DNA from: Candidatus Kuenenbacteria bacterium RIFCSPHIGHO2_02_FULL_39_13
GTDB lineage: Bacteria > Patescibacteriota > Patescibacteriia > UBA2196 > GWA2-42-15
DNA length: 53,546 nt
Reading direction: 5' to 3'
Assembly: GCA_001783595.1 (NCBI GenBank)
Contig: MFMW01000029.1
Coordinates: 1-53,546 of the forward strand
Part shown: positions 17,411-25,437 of the stretch, piece after piece
Numbering within the stretch: position 1 is the first letter of the stretch
Layout: each line of letters opens with the position of its first letter
Made by a program: the position numbers and the translations under genes
The notes under the pieces: model-generated
Databases searched by the model: none
What the model saw: only the letters and a program-made list of their open reading frames with translations
What the model was told of the DNA's origin: nothing

Positions 17411-17551
17411 ATGGGTTTTTGGAATAAGTTATTTGGAAAAAAAAGAACTGATCAAGCAAAAACAGAGGAAACAGTGGCCAAGCCAGCAGCTCCGGCAGAT
17501 GAAGACAAAGAAGAATCTGCTGATGTTAGCCAAGATGAAAGTGATGAATAA
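17411..17551 (+). CDS. possible 46-aa acidic small protein (MGFWNKLFGKKRTDQAKTEETVAKPAAPADEDKEESADVSQDESDE)
   Basis: ATG..TAA ORF below the ORF-track size cutoff, followed 12 nt later by a strong terminator. No SD, as for most genes here. Confidence 0.3.
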   Translation: MGFWNKLFGKKRTDQAKTEETVAKPAAPADEDKEESADVSQDESDE

Positions 17552-17562
17552 CTCATTTTGGT

Positions 17563-17597
17563 AAAAAATATCCCGATGTAAAGTCGGGATATTTTTT
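17563..17597 (+). terminator. rho-independent terminator
   Basis: ATATCCCGA (17568..17576) pairs with TCGGGATAT (17584..17592), followed by T5. Confidence 0.65.
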
Positions 17598-17690
17598 GTG
17601 CTAAACAAAACGATTGACATACTTTATTAAATATACTAACATATTGCCATAATTCACTGATACCTTTAAACGAAAAGGGAGAAAAAGAAC

Positions 17691-17990
17691 ATGAATAAAC
17701 AAAATTCAGTCTGGAAGAGGATGCTGGAGGAGGGGAAACAAAATTTAAAAACGTTGGGGGGGTTGATAAACCTGATTGATATTATTTTTCTGATAGGGGT
17801 GGTAATCTTTGAGGGATTAACAGAAAAAAGGGGAGAGGGGAGGAAAAGTCATTCTTTCCCAAAAGGGAAAATAAAAGAAGACTGGCTAAGATCTTCACCA
17901 ATTCTTTTGGTACCTTTTCTTCCGCTCATAATCGTCATTCTGTGGCTCGCAAAAAGTAAATGGGGTGAATATGAAGAAGAACTTTGGTAG
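17691..17990 (+). CDS. hypothetical 2-TM membrane protein
   Basis: 99 aa with two hydrophobic helices. Strong SD (AAGGGAG) upstream and a TTGACA box at 17614..17619. Confidence 0.55.
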   Translation: MNKQNSVWKRMLEEGKQNLKTLGGLINLIDIIFLIGVVIFEGLTEKRGEGRKSHSFPKGKIKEDWLRSSPILLVPFLPLIIVILWLAKSKWGEYEEELW

Positions 17991-18047
17991 TTAAAATAAT
18001 AATAAAAATAAACGAGGAGGTAAATCACCAAGGAGGAAAGAAAAAAA

Positions 18048-18251
18048 ATGAGAAACATTTTAAAGGTCAAACGGTGGGAGTCCGGTCTGAAACAGTACGA
18101 GCTGGCATTCTTGCTCGGCTGCAGCTCGACCTATCTCTCATTGGTTGAAAATAATCGTGTTGAAGCAACGATGGATTTCAAACGAAAAGCCGCGGAGATT
18201 TTTGGAATGACTCCTGATGAAATATGGCTGGTAAAAAAACGCCGCGGCTAA
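18048..18251 (+). CDS. XRE-family helix-turn-helix transcriptional regulator
   Basis: 67 aa. LKQYELAFLLGCSSTYLSLVENNRVEATMDFKRKAAEIFGMTPDEIW fits the HTH_3 pattern. Strong SD (AGGAGG). Confidence 0.8.
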   Translation: MRNILKVKRWESGLKQYELAFLLGCSSTYLSLVENNRVEATMDFKRKAAEIFGMTPDEIWLVKKRRG

Positions 18252-18256
18252 AACAT

Positions 18257-18295
18257 GTCCTGACAGATGGGATTTATCTGTCAGGACTTTTATTT
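18257..18295 (+). terminator. rho-independent terminator
   Basis: Perfect 12-bp stem GTCCTGACAGAT / ATCTGTCAGGAC, followed by TTTTATTT. Confidence 0.75.
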
Positions 18296-18371
18296 ATCTA
18301 AATTTTGTGATATTATAAGGCAAGACAGAAATTTAATTAAGGGTTAGGCAATTTAAAACCGAATAATATAC

Positions 18372-20840
18372 ATGAATAATATTTTCAACAAATTCACCAC
18401 CCATTACAAAAAATCCATCATTGGCGCTTATGGGTTGTCTTTGGCAGCCAAAAAAAAGGAAATCGGTCTGGAAGAACTTTTTTGGGCGCTCTTAAGTGAA
18501 AAGGGGTCTTTGGGCCAGGAAACTTTACGTCAGGCCGGCATTAAAGAACAGACAAGAAGCAATAACGAGCTGTTGCCAGAACAAATTTCTTGGCAGCAAA
18601 TTATGCAATCAAAAGAAACAATCCCTTTGTCCATGGGAGTAAAGAAAGCCATAATAGATTCAGCTAGAATCGCGGCCATTTATGAGCACAGCTACATCGG
18701 CACAGAACATCTGCTTTATAGTTTGCTGGCCTCACAAGATAAAAAAATAAATATTATTTTAAATGGCTATCAGCTGAACAGGGAGGAACTTTTAAAAAGA
18801 ATTAAAGTGGTTTTAAGTTCAACTTCAAAATTTTCTGAATTAAGCGATATGGTCAGTTCAGTCAAGGAACGTTTGGATAAAAAAAAGCAAGACGGGAAAA
18901 GGAGAGATTCAATCCTTGATTTTTTTGGCACTGATTTAACCAATGAAACAGTGCAAAAAAATATCAATCCGGTGATCGGCAGAGTTGATGAAATCAATCG
19001 GGTGATCCAGATTTTATCGCGCCGCGATAAAAACAATCCGATACTTTTGGGCGAGCCGGGAGTGGGCAAGACGGCTATTGTTGAAGGACTGGCTAAAAAA
19101 ATAATGCTGGGCGACGTGCCTGATATTCTGCTGAACAAAAAAATATACGCGCTTGATATGCCGTTACTCGTAGCTGGCACCAGTTACCGCGGTGAATTTG
19201 AAGCGCGCATAAAACAAATTGTTGACGAGGCAAAAAGAAATGAGGACATTATTTTATTTATAGACGAACTGCATAATATTATGGGAGCCGGTTCGGCTTC
19301 AGGCGCCATGGACGCTGCCAATATCTTAAAGCCGGCTATGGCGCGAGGCGAGATCCACTGTATCGGGGCAACGACTTATGATGATTTTAAAAAATATATT
19401 GAGCAGGACAAAGCGCTCGCGCGCCGCATGCAAAAAGTAATGATTAATGAGCCAAGCGCGCAAGACTCAATAAAAATTCTCAAGGGCATTAAACAATCCT
19501 ATGAAAAACATCATTTACTGGCAATTAGCGATGAGGCGGTTGAAGCGGCCGTTGCTTTATCCAGCCGCTATTTAACCGACCAATTTTTGCCTGACAAAGC
19601 AATTGATCTGATTGATGAAGCTGCCAGTAAAAAAAGGATTAATCGGCCGAAAAATAAAAATACGGTTAAGCTCTCGGAATTAGAAAAAGAACTGGTTAAA
19701 ATTACCAAGGAAAAAAATATGTTGACTGCCCAAGGCGAATACAACGAGGCTTTAAAATTTAAGGCAAAAGAAGTGGAAATAGTGAGCAAAATCTATAAAC
19801 TAGAGGAAGAGAATGCAAAAAACAAGCTGCCAATGGATGCGGAGCTGGCTGATAATGAGAAAATTACAGCCAGCGACATTCGCGAAATTATCAGCCAAAT
19901 GACTAAAATAAATATCCCTGACAGCCAAAAAGCAACGGATATTATCAAGGACCTGGAAAAAAATTTAAAAAATAAAATTGTCGGGCAAGACGAGGCAATC
20001 GCACAGCTGGTCAGCACCTTAAAAAGATCAACGGCCGGGCTGGCTGGAGAGCGTCGCCCCTTGGGCTCATTTATTTTAGCCGGGCCGTCTGGCGTGGGAA
20101 AAACTTACAGCGCAAAAATATTAGCTGAAATAATGTCGCCTGACAGAGAAGGTCTGATTAAACTTGATATGAGCGAGTTTGGCGAAAAATTCAATGCCAG
20201 CAAACTCATTGGCGCGCCAGCCGGCTATGTGGGCTATGAGGAAGGCGGGCTGTTAACGGAAAAGGTGAAAAGAAATCCTTACGCGGTCATACTTTTAGAT
20301 GAAATAGAAAAAGCTCATGCGGATATTTTTAATTTGTTTCTGCAGATTTTTGAGGACGGCTATTTGACTGACAGCAAAGGCCGGCTGGTAAATTTTCGCA
20401 ATACAATAATCATTATGACCACTAATATCGGCGTGTCTAAAGCCAGTGAAAAAGGAATGATCGGTTTTGGCGAAAAAGACTCTGCGGAAAATGACTTTAA
20501 AGAAAAACTGGCTGAATGGATGAGACCGGAGCTCTTAAATAGAATTGATCAGATCTTGGTGTTTAACATGCTGACTGACGGCGATCTGGCTAAAATTATT
20601 GAATTGGAATTAATTGATATTAATAATAATCTAGCCAGTCGTAATTTAGCGATAAAATGGAGCAAGGAAGTTGTTGATTATCTGCTCAAAAAATGCGCGG
20701 GCAAAGACCAGGGCGCAAGAATTATCAGAGCGGTGCTGCGCGAGAAAATTGAAAATCAGCTGGCGGACAGGATTTTATCAAAAGCTCCTGGTGGCGAGAT
20801 AAACATTAAAGTCAAAGATGATAAAATTATATTGGCGTAA
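18372..20840 (+). CDS. clpC: AAA+ chaperone ClpC-type (Clp protease ATP-binding subunit)
   Basis: 822 aa. Clp_N repeats, two Walker A motifs (GEPGVGKTAIVEGLA and GPSGVGKTYSAKILA), a short middle domain, and an IGF loop (KGMIGFGEK). Confidence 0.9.
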   Translation: MNNIFNKFTTHYKKSIIGAYGLSLAAKKKEIGLEELFWALLSEKGSLGQETLRQAGIKEQTRSNNELLPEQISWQQIMQSKETIPLSMGVKKAIIDSARIAAIYEHSYIGTEHLLYSLLASQDKKINIILNGYQLNREELLKRIKVVLSSTSKFSELSDMVSSVKERLDKKKQDGKRRDSILDFFGTDLTNETVQKNINPVIGRVDEINRVIQILSRRDKNNPILLGEPGVGKTAIVEGLAKKIMLGDVPDILLNKKIYALDMPLLVAGTSYRGEFEARIKQIVDEAKRNEDIILFIDELHNIMGAGSASGAMDAANILKPAMARGEIHCIGATTYDDFKKYIEQDKALARRMQKVMINEPSAQDSIKILKGIKQSYEKHHLLAISDEAVEAAVALSSRYLTDQFLPDKAIDLIDEAASKKRINRPKNKNTVKLSELEKELVKITKEKNMLTAQGEYNEALKFKAKEVEIVSKIYKLEEENAKNKLPMDAELADNEKITASDIREIISQMTKINIPDSQKATDIIKDLEKNLKNKIVGQDEAIAQLVSTLKRSTAGLAGERRPLGSFILAGPSGVGKTYSAKILAEIMSPDREGLIKLDMSEFGEKFNASKLIGAPAGYVGYEEGGLLTEKVKRNPYAVILLDEIEKAHADIFNLFLQIFEDGYLTDSKGRLVNFRNTIIIMTTNIGVSKASEKGMIGFGEKDSAENDFKEKLAEWMRPELLNRIDQILVFNMLTDGDLAKIIELELIDINNNLASRNLAIKWSKEVVDYLLKKCAGKDQGARIIRAVLREKIENQLADRILSKAPGGEINIKVKDDKIILA

Positions 20841-21564
20841 AATTTATAAATTTTTCTTAGATATTTTATTTCCCATAGAATGCGTTGGCTGCGGCCAAGA
20901 AGACCTCTGGCTGTGCGAGCAATGTTTAGCAACTATTAAATTAAAAGAAATTGACAGCTGCCCGGCATGCAAAAAAATTTCAAGTTTCGGCAAGACGCAC
21001 AGCTGGTGCCGCGAGCAGACAAGCTTGGATGGCATGATTGTGGCCGCTTCATTTGACAACAAATTATTGCGGAACACAATCCATAAATATAAATACAATT
21101 TTATCAAAGAACTGGCAACTCCCCTGTCAATGATTTTAATCAATAAAATTATGGAGCTTGATAAAAAAGAAGATAAGCCCAACTGGGTAAATCTTCTTTT
21201 TAGTTCAGACTTAATATTATTGCCAATACCTTTGCATAAAAGGCGGTTGCGCTGGCGGGATTTTAATCAGGCGGAAATGTTGTCAAAAAAATTAGCCGGC
21301 AATTTTTATCTCAATCATCGGCCGTATATTTTAAAAAGAAAAAGATATACCACGGCGCAAACTGAATTAAAGCGAGAGCAAAGATTTGATAACATTAAAA
21401 ATGCTTTTCAGGTGACAAAAGAATGGCAAGACAAATTAAAAAACGCCAAAATTCTTTTGGTGGATGATGTGGCTACTACCGGGGCAACTTTGAATGAATG
21501 CGGCCGGACATTAAAAGAACGCGGGGCAAGGGAAGTCTGGGGACTGGTCTTGGCCAGAGGATAA
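20818..21564 (+). CDS. comFC: ComF family protein (ComFC-type phosphoribosyltransferase)
   Basis: N-terminal Cys clusters (CVGCG..CEQC..CPAC) and a C-terminal PRTase motif LLVDDVATTGATL. Overlaps clpC by 23 nt. Confidence 0.8.
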   Translation: MIKLYWRKIYKFFLDILFPIECVGCGQEDLWLCEQCLATIKLKEIDSCPACKKISSFGKTHSWCREQTSLDGMIVAASFDNKLLRNTIHKYKYNFIKELATPLSMILINKIMELDKKEDKPNWVNLLFSSDLILLPIPLHKRRLRWRDFNQAEMLSKKLAGNFYLNHRPYILKRKRYTTAQTELKREQRFDNIKNAFQVTKEWQDKLKNAKILLVDDVATTGATLNECGRTLKERGAREVWGLVLARG

Positions 21565-21571
21565 TAACTGA

Positions 21572-21596
21572 AAATTTTAAATTTTAAATTTTAAAT
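21572..21596. repeat. AAATTTT heptamer tandem repeat (3.5 units)
   Basis: Counted directly. Lies between the convergent comFC and tsaE stops and overlaps the tsaE stop. Confidence 0.85.
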
Positions 21597-22061
21597 GCTA
21601 ATTTTTCTTTGATTGTCTTTTTTGCCAATACTAAATTTTATCCAGATAGTATTCTTGGGCATTATTTTTCTGATTTTATCCGCCCATTCAACAACAATGA
21701 TATTATTCTTATCGCTAACTAATTCCCGCCAGCCAATATCTGCTAATTCTTCAGGACTGGATAACCTATAACAATCAACATGGATAAGTTGTAAGTCGTT
21801 AGTTGTTAGTTGCCCGCCTGCCAGCGCCTGAGCGCAGCGATGGCGAGCAGGCAAGTTGTAAGTTTTTAAAAGCACAAATGTCGGGCTGGTGATATTGTTT
21901 TTGATTCCTAGTCCTTGAGCTAACCCCTTGACAAACTGCGTCTTGCCAGCGCCGAGTTTGCCAACTAAACCAATAATCGTGCCTGCTTTTAATTGAGCGA
22001 CAAATTTTTTACCAAAATTAATGGTTTCTTTTTCAGAATTGGTAATAATGATTTTGGACAT
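21591..22061 (-). CDS. tsaE: tRNA t6A biosynthesis ATPase TsaE
   Basis: 156 aa. P-loop GKLGAGKTQFVKGL, TSPTF, and HVDCYRL...PEEL. Carries about 17 extra codons between TSPTF and the H-x-D-x-YRL motif. Confidence 0.85.
   Translation of the reverse strand: MSKIIITNSEKETINFGKKFVAQLKAGTIIGLVGKLGAGKTQFVKGLAQGLGIKNNITSPTFVLLKTYNLPARHRCAQALAGGQLTTNDLQLIHVDCYRLSSPEELADIGWRELVSDKNNIIVVEWADKIRKIMPKNTIWIKFSIGKKDNQRKISI
21786..21863. repeat. in-frame composite insertion in tsaE: heptamer array, then a 40-nt GC-rich palindrome, then the 11-mer repeated
   Basis: AAGTTGTAAGT occurs at 21786..21796 and 21853..21863. Units are AAGTTGT/AAGTCGT/TAGTTGT/TAGTTGC. The palindrome arms GCCTGC (21816..21821) and GCAGGC (21847..21852) pair. 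Confidence 0.8.
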
Positions 22062-22090
22062 AACAGCTGATGATGAATTTCATCAGGCTT

Positions 22091-22705
22091 TTAAAATATA
22101 AACTTGCCTGTGATCAAATGAAATATCCGAGTGATGATGGGGACGATTAGGCCAAAAAAGTAAAAGATAAATAAAAGCAAGATAATGAAGCCAAAACGTT
22201 CAAGATTTATTTTCAGTCTTGCCATTGAATCTGGCAAGACTGCGAAAAGAATTTTGGAGCCGTCAAGCGGCGGGATAGGCACAAGATTAAAAACCATCAG
22301 CAGAATATTGGCATAAGCAATAATGGCTAAAAGCGAGGCGAATTCTGAATAGGGCAGAAAACGGACTAACAGGCCAAAAAAAATAGCGGCAATAAGATTG
22401 GCTGCCGGGCCGGCAAGACCAACCAAAGCCGGCCCCCACTTTTGGTTTTTTAAGTTATAGGGATTATAGGGAACTGGCTTGGCATAAGCGAACATAAATG
22501 AACCGTGAGAAAAGAGCAATAATAAAACGGGCATCAAAATTGTGCCCCAGATGTCAATATGAGCCATGGGGTTGAGAGTCAGCCGTCCGGCATTTCTGGC
22601 TGTCGGGTCGCCCATTTGATCCGCTGCCCAGCCATGAGCATATTCATGAATAATGGCTGAAGGAATGATGATGAGAAAAAAGAAAAGCAATTGCGCAAAC
22701 TGCAT
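22091..22705 (-). CDS. site-2 protease family (M50) membrane metalloprotease
   Basis: 204 aa, polytopic. HEYAHGWAA (HExxH) and a later LVPIPPLDGSK motif. Confidence 0.8.
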   Translation of the reverse strand: MQFAQLLFFFLIIIPSAIIHEYAHGWAADQMGDPTARNAGRLTLNPMAHIDIWGTILMPVLLLLFSHGSFMFAYAKPVPYNPYNLKNQKWGPALVGLAGPAANLIAAIFFGLLVRFLPYSEFASLLAIIAYANILLMVFNLVPIPPLDGSKILFAVLPDSMARLKINLERFGFIILLLFIFYFFGLIVPIITRIFHLITGKFIF

Positions 22706-22712
22706 AAATAAT

Positions 22713-22740
22713 TTGACATTTAATAGTTATATGGTATTAT
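22713..22740 (+). promoter_or_regulatory. candidate promoter for rpmB
   Basis: TTGACA (22713..22718), a 16-nt spacer, TATTAT (22735..22740) preceded by TGG (extended -10). Confidence 0.45.
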
Positions 22741-22768
22741 AATCTAAATAATTGATTTAATCAACCTT

Positions 22769-22945
22769 ATGTCAAGAATTTGCGATATGTGCGGCCGCGG
22801 TCCGCAAAAATCCATTCAAAGATCCCATGCGAATAATAAAACAATCATTCGCAAATTTATTAATTTGCAAGCCAGAACTATTAATGGCAAAAAAAAGAAA
22901 GTTTGTACAAGGTGTTTAAGGACAATGAAGAAAAAGATGGCTTAA
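22769..22945 (+). CDS. rpmB: 50S ribosomal protein L28
   Basis: 58-aa ORF absent from the ORF track: MSRICDMCGRGPQKSIQRSHANNKTIIRKFINLQARTINGKKKKVCTRCLRTMKKKMA, the L28 signature. Confidence 0.85.
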   Translation: MSRICDMCGRGPQKSIQRSHANNKTIIRKFINLQARTINGKKKKVCTRCLRTMKKKMA

Positions 22946-22970
22946 ATAACTTGATGATTTTTTAATCAGG

Positions 22971-22999
22971 CACCCCGACTTTACGTCAAGGGTGTTTTT
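22971..22999 (+). terminator. stem-loop terminator after rpmB
   Basis: CACCC...GGGTG stem followed by T5. Confidence 0.45.
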
Positions 23000-23025
23000 G
23001 CGTGATTTGTGGTAAAATATTAAAT

Positions 23026-23904
23026 ATGGCGAAAGAATGCTATTTATATAAAAAATTGAATAATAACTTGGTGCAATGCGAAACTTGCGCGCATCAGTGT
23101 AAAATCGCCCTTGGCCAAAGGGGCATTTGCGGCGTGCGGGAAAATCAAGCTGGCAAATTGCTGGCGCTAAATTATGGCCGGGCAGTGGCAGCGCATGTTG
23201 ATCCCATTGAAAAAAAGCCGCTTTATCATTTTTTGCCTGGCACGGACACTTATTCCATTGCTACCGCGGGATGTAATTTTCGCTGTCGGCATTGTCAAAA
23301 TTATGATATCTCTCAATATACAAAAAAATGGCCATGTGAAATTATTGGGCAAGAGCTTTTACCAAAGGCAGTAGTAAAAAATGCGCTTGAGCTGCGCTGT
23401 CCGTCAATTTCATATACTTATACTGAACCAACAATTTTTTTAGAATATGCCTTGGATACCATGAAGCTAGCGTGCGACAAGGGCTTAAAAAATATCTGGG
23501 TGTCAAACGGCTATATGAGTGATCAGACTCTTGAATTAATAATCCCCTATTTAGACGCGGCTAATATTGATTTAAAAAGTTTTTCAGATAAATTTTACCG
23601 GGAAATTTGCCAAGCAAAGCTTGAACCAGTCCTGAATAATTTGATTAAAATCAAAAAAAGTGGTGTTCATTTAGAAATTACCACTTTAATAATCCCGGCT
23701 TATAATGATTCAGAGAAAGAATTAAAACAAATTGCTGAATTCATATTTAATAAATTAGGGGCTGATGCGCCTTGGCATGTGAGCGCTTTCTATCCCACTT
23801 TTAAAATGACTGCCGTGCCGGCTACCCCAAGGGAAAAAGTATTGCAAGCTGTGGAGATTGGAAAAAAGGCTGGACTTAAGTTCGTCCATCCGGGCAATAT
23901 TTAA
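23026..23904 (+). CDS. amrS: AmmeMemoRadiSam system radical SAM enzyme
   Basis: CNFRCRHCQN (CxxxCxxC) plus an N-terminal Cys cluster VQCETCAHQCKI..GICGVREN. Start set at the ATG at 23026; the GTG at 23002 is less likely. Confidence 0.8.
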   Translation: MAKECYLYKKLNNNLVQCETCAHQCKIALGQRGICGVRENQAGKLLALNYGRAVAAHVDPIEKKPLYHFLPGTDTYSIATAGCNFRCRHCQNYDISQYTKKWPCEIIGQELLPKAVVKNALELRCPSISYTYTEPTIFLEYALDTMKLACDKGLKNIWVSNGYMSDQTLELIIPYLDAANIDLKSFSDKFYREICQAKLEPVLNNLIKIKKSGVHLEITTLIIPAYNDSEKELKQIAEFIFNKLGADAPWHVSAFYPTFKMTAVPATPREKVLQAVEIGKKAGLKFVHPGNI

Positions 23905-25436
23905 AGCGCGCTGGTTAAATATCTTTGATAATTTTCACTCCTTTGCCAGACATTGGCCGGAATAGTCGGGTGAACGGCGCGCGGTCCGTTTTTAATTGTG
24001 TCAACAATTTCAGGCAAAGAATAACCGCCATAAATATAACTGTCAGCAAGGGTCTGGAAACTTTGGCTATTCATTGAAAAAGAATCTTGAACCAGATATT
24101 CTTTTAATAATTTCTCAAAGTCAGCGATTTGCTCATTTTCTTGATTAAAATTATGCCTGAATTGGCCATAAACTTGAATTGAGACACTGGCGCCAAGAAC
24201 TATGCCTTTGTCTGGCAAATAACTGTAATCGCCTGATTTGTCTAAATTAAATTTCAAGTCGTTAAATTTAATTGAATCGCCTGTGTTAACTATTGTTATT
24301 TTGCCTTTTTGCGCAACCTCGGGAATATCCCGCATTTTTTTGACATATTGAAATTTCATTTTTTTAAAAGAGGGGTTAAGTAAAGCAAGTTCAGCTAGAT
24401 TGGAAAAAGAAATATCATCATGAAAATCAGGCGACATAGACTTGATGGTTGAATGATATTCAAGGCGATTGGGATATTCTGGATCAGAAAAAAATCTATC
24501 GCCATAAGCATAATTTAAATAAACGGCAAAATCATCATAGCCAAATTTGTAATTTAATAGAGCTGCGCCAAGATAAAATTGAGCGCCCAATCCTGCTGGC
24601 CGATTACCTATCCGCGCTTCAACCATGCCATTCTGAAAAGTAATCAGGCGCAGATTATCCGTCATCTCTTTGGCTTTGATTAAAAATTCAAGCTGGCCGG
24701 TTGCTTGACCATAGCAAGCAAAGGCCAAAGCGGTAATTAAATGATAATGGGGGTTAAATTTCATTGGCCGACCTTCATTATACCAATCGTATTGATCAAC
24801 ATCTTGTTCTAAAACCGTAGTGATTTTATCTTTAATTAAATTATCAAGCTCATTTTTTTTATCCTGATTAATTAATCCTTTTTGATAAAAATTATTAACG
24901 GTTTGCTGCCAATAAACTGCGGAGAGCGCCGCCCGGTTTGAAGTATCCGGAGCAAGAATACCTGCTGCCATACGATCTAAAATCTGCTGGTAAACTCTGT
25001 TAACTTCACTGGAAGTTAGAATAAGAGGGATCTGATCAAGCAAGCTAACCATAGTCATTTGAACCCAGGCATCTGAAAAAGATTGGGTATATAATGGGCG
25101 GGAATTTAGTTCCAGGCTAGCGGCTAAAATTGCCTGTCTGATTTTTTGTCTGGCATATCTCTCGCCTTTGAGGGCGCGGTATTTGTAATAAGTTGCCAGA
25201 CTTAATATTTCTCTGGCTGTTTGAGGAGCTCTAAACTCTGGCACATCGTAATCAGGGGCTTTAAAAATATAGCCATGCTCATCAAAATGCTTTGAATAGC
25301 GATTATAAAAATACGCGACATAACTTTCAAGGGTTTGGGGCTCTGTTTGAGCTTTGGCCGGAATAATAAAAAAACTACCAGAGACAAAAATGGCAATGAT
25401 AGTGAAAATTATTATCTTAATAGTAAATTTGCTCAT
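23901..25436 (-). CDS. hypothetical secreted protein (helical repeat or toroid-like N-terminal part plus a C-terminal domain)
   Basis: Start trimmed to MSKFTIKIIIFTIIAIFVSGSFFIIPAKA (signal peptide), which removes the overlap with trxB. No family recognised. Confidence 0.6.
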   Translation of the reverse strand: MSKFTIKIIIFTIIAIFVSGSFFIIPAKAQTEPQTLESYVAYFYNRYSKHFDEHGYIFKAPDYDVPEFRAPQTAREILSLATYYKYRALKGERYARQKIRQAILAASLELNSRPLYTQSFSDAWVQMTMVSLLDQIPLILTSSEVNRVYQQILDRMAAGILAPDTSNRAALSAVYWQQTVNNFYQKGLINQDKKNELDNLIKDKITTVLEQDVDQYDWYNEGRPMKFNPHYHLITALAFACYGQATGQLEFLIKAKEMTDNLRLITFQNGMVEARIGNRPAGLGAQFYLGAALLNYKFGYDDFAVYLNYAYGDRFFSDPEYPNRLEYHSTIKSMSPDFHDDISFSNLAELALLNPSFKKMKFQYVKKMRDIPEVAQKGKITIVNTGDSIKFNDLKFNLDKSGDYSYLPDKGIVLGASVSIQVYGQFRHNFNQENEQIADFEKLLKEYLVQDSFSMNSQSFQTLADSYIYGGYSLPEIVDTIKNGPRAVHPTIPANVWQRSENYQRYLTSAL

Positions 25437-25437
25437 C

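Noticed and set aside
17429-17620. 63-aa minus-strand ORF
   Set aside because: It would be transcribed through a strong plus-strand terminator hairpin and across the TTGACA box. It has an odd Cys/Phe-rich composition. The plus-strand small ORF with its terminator explains the region better.
18372-20840. ClpB (disaggregase) rather than ClpC
   Set aside because: The middle domain is short, and an IGF ClpP-docking loop (KGMIGFGEK) is present. Both features favour a ClpC/ClpA-type unfoldase.
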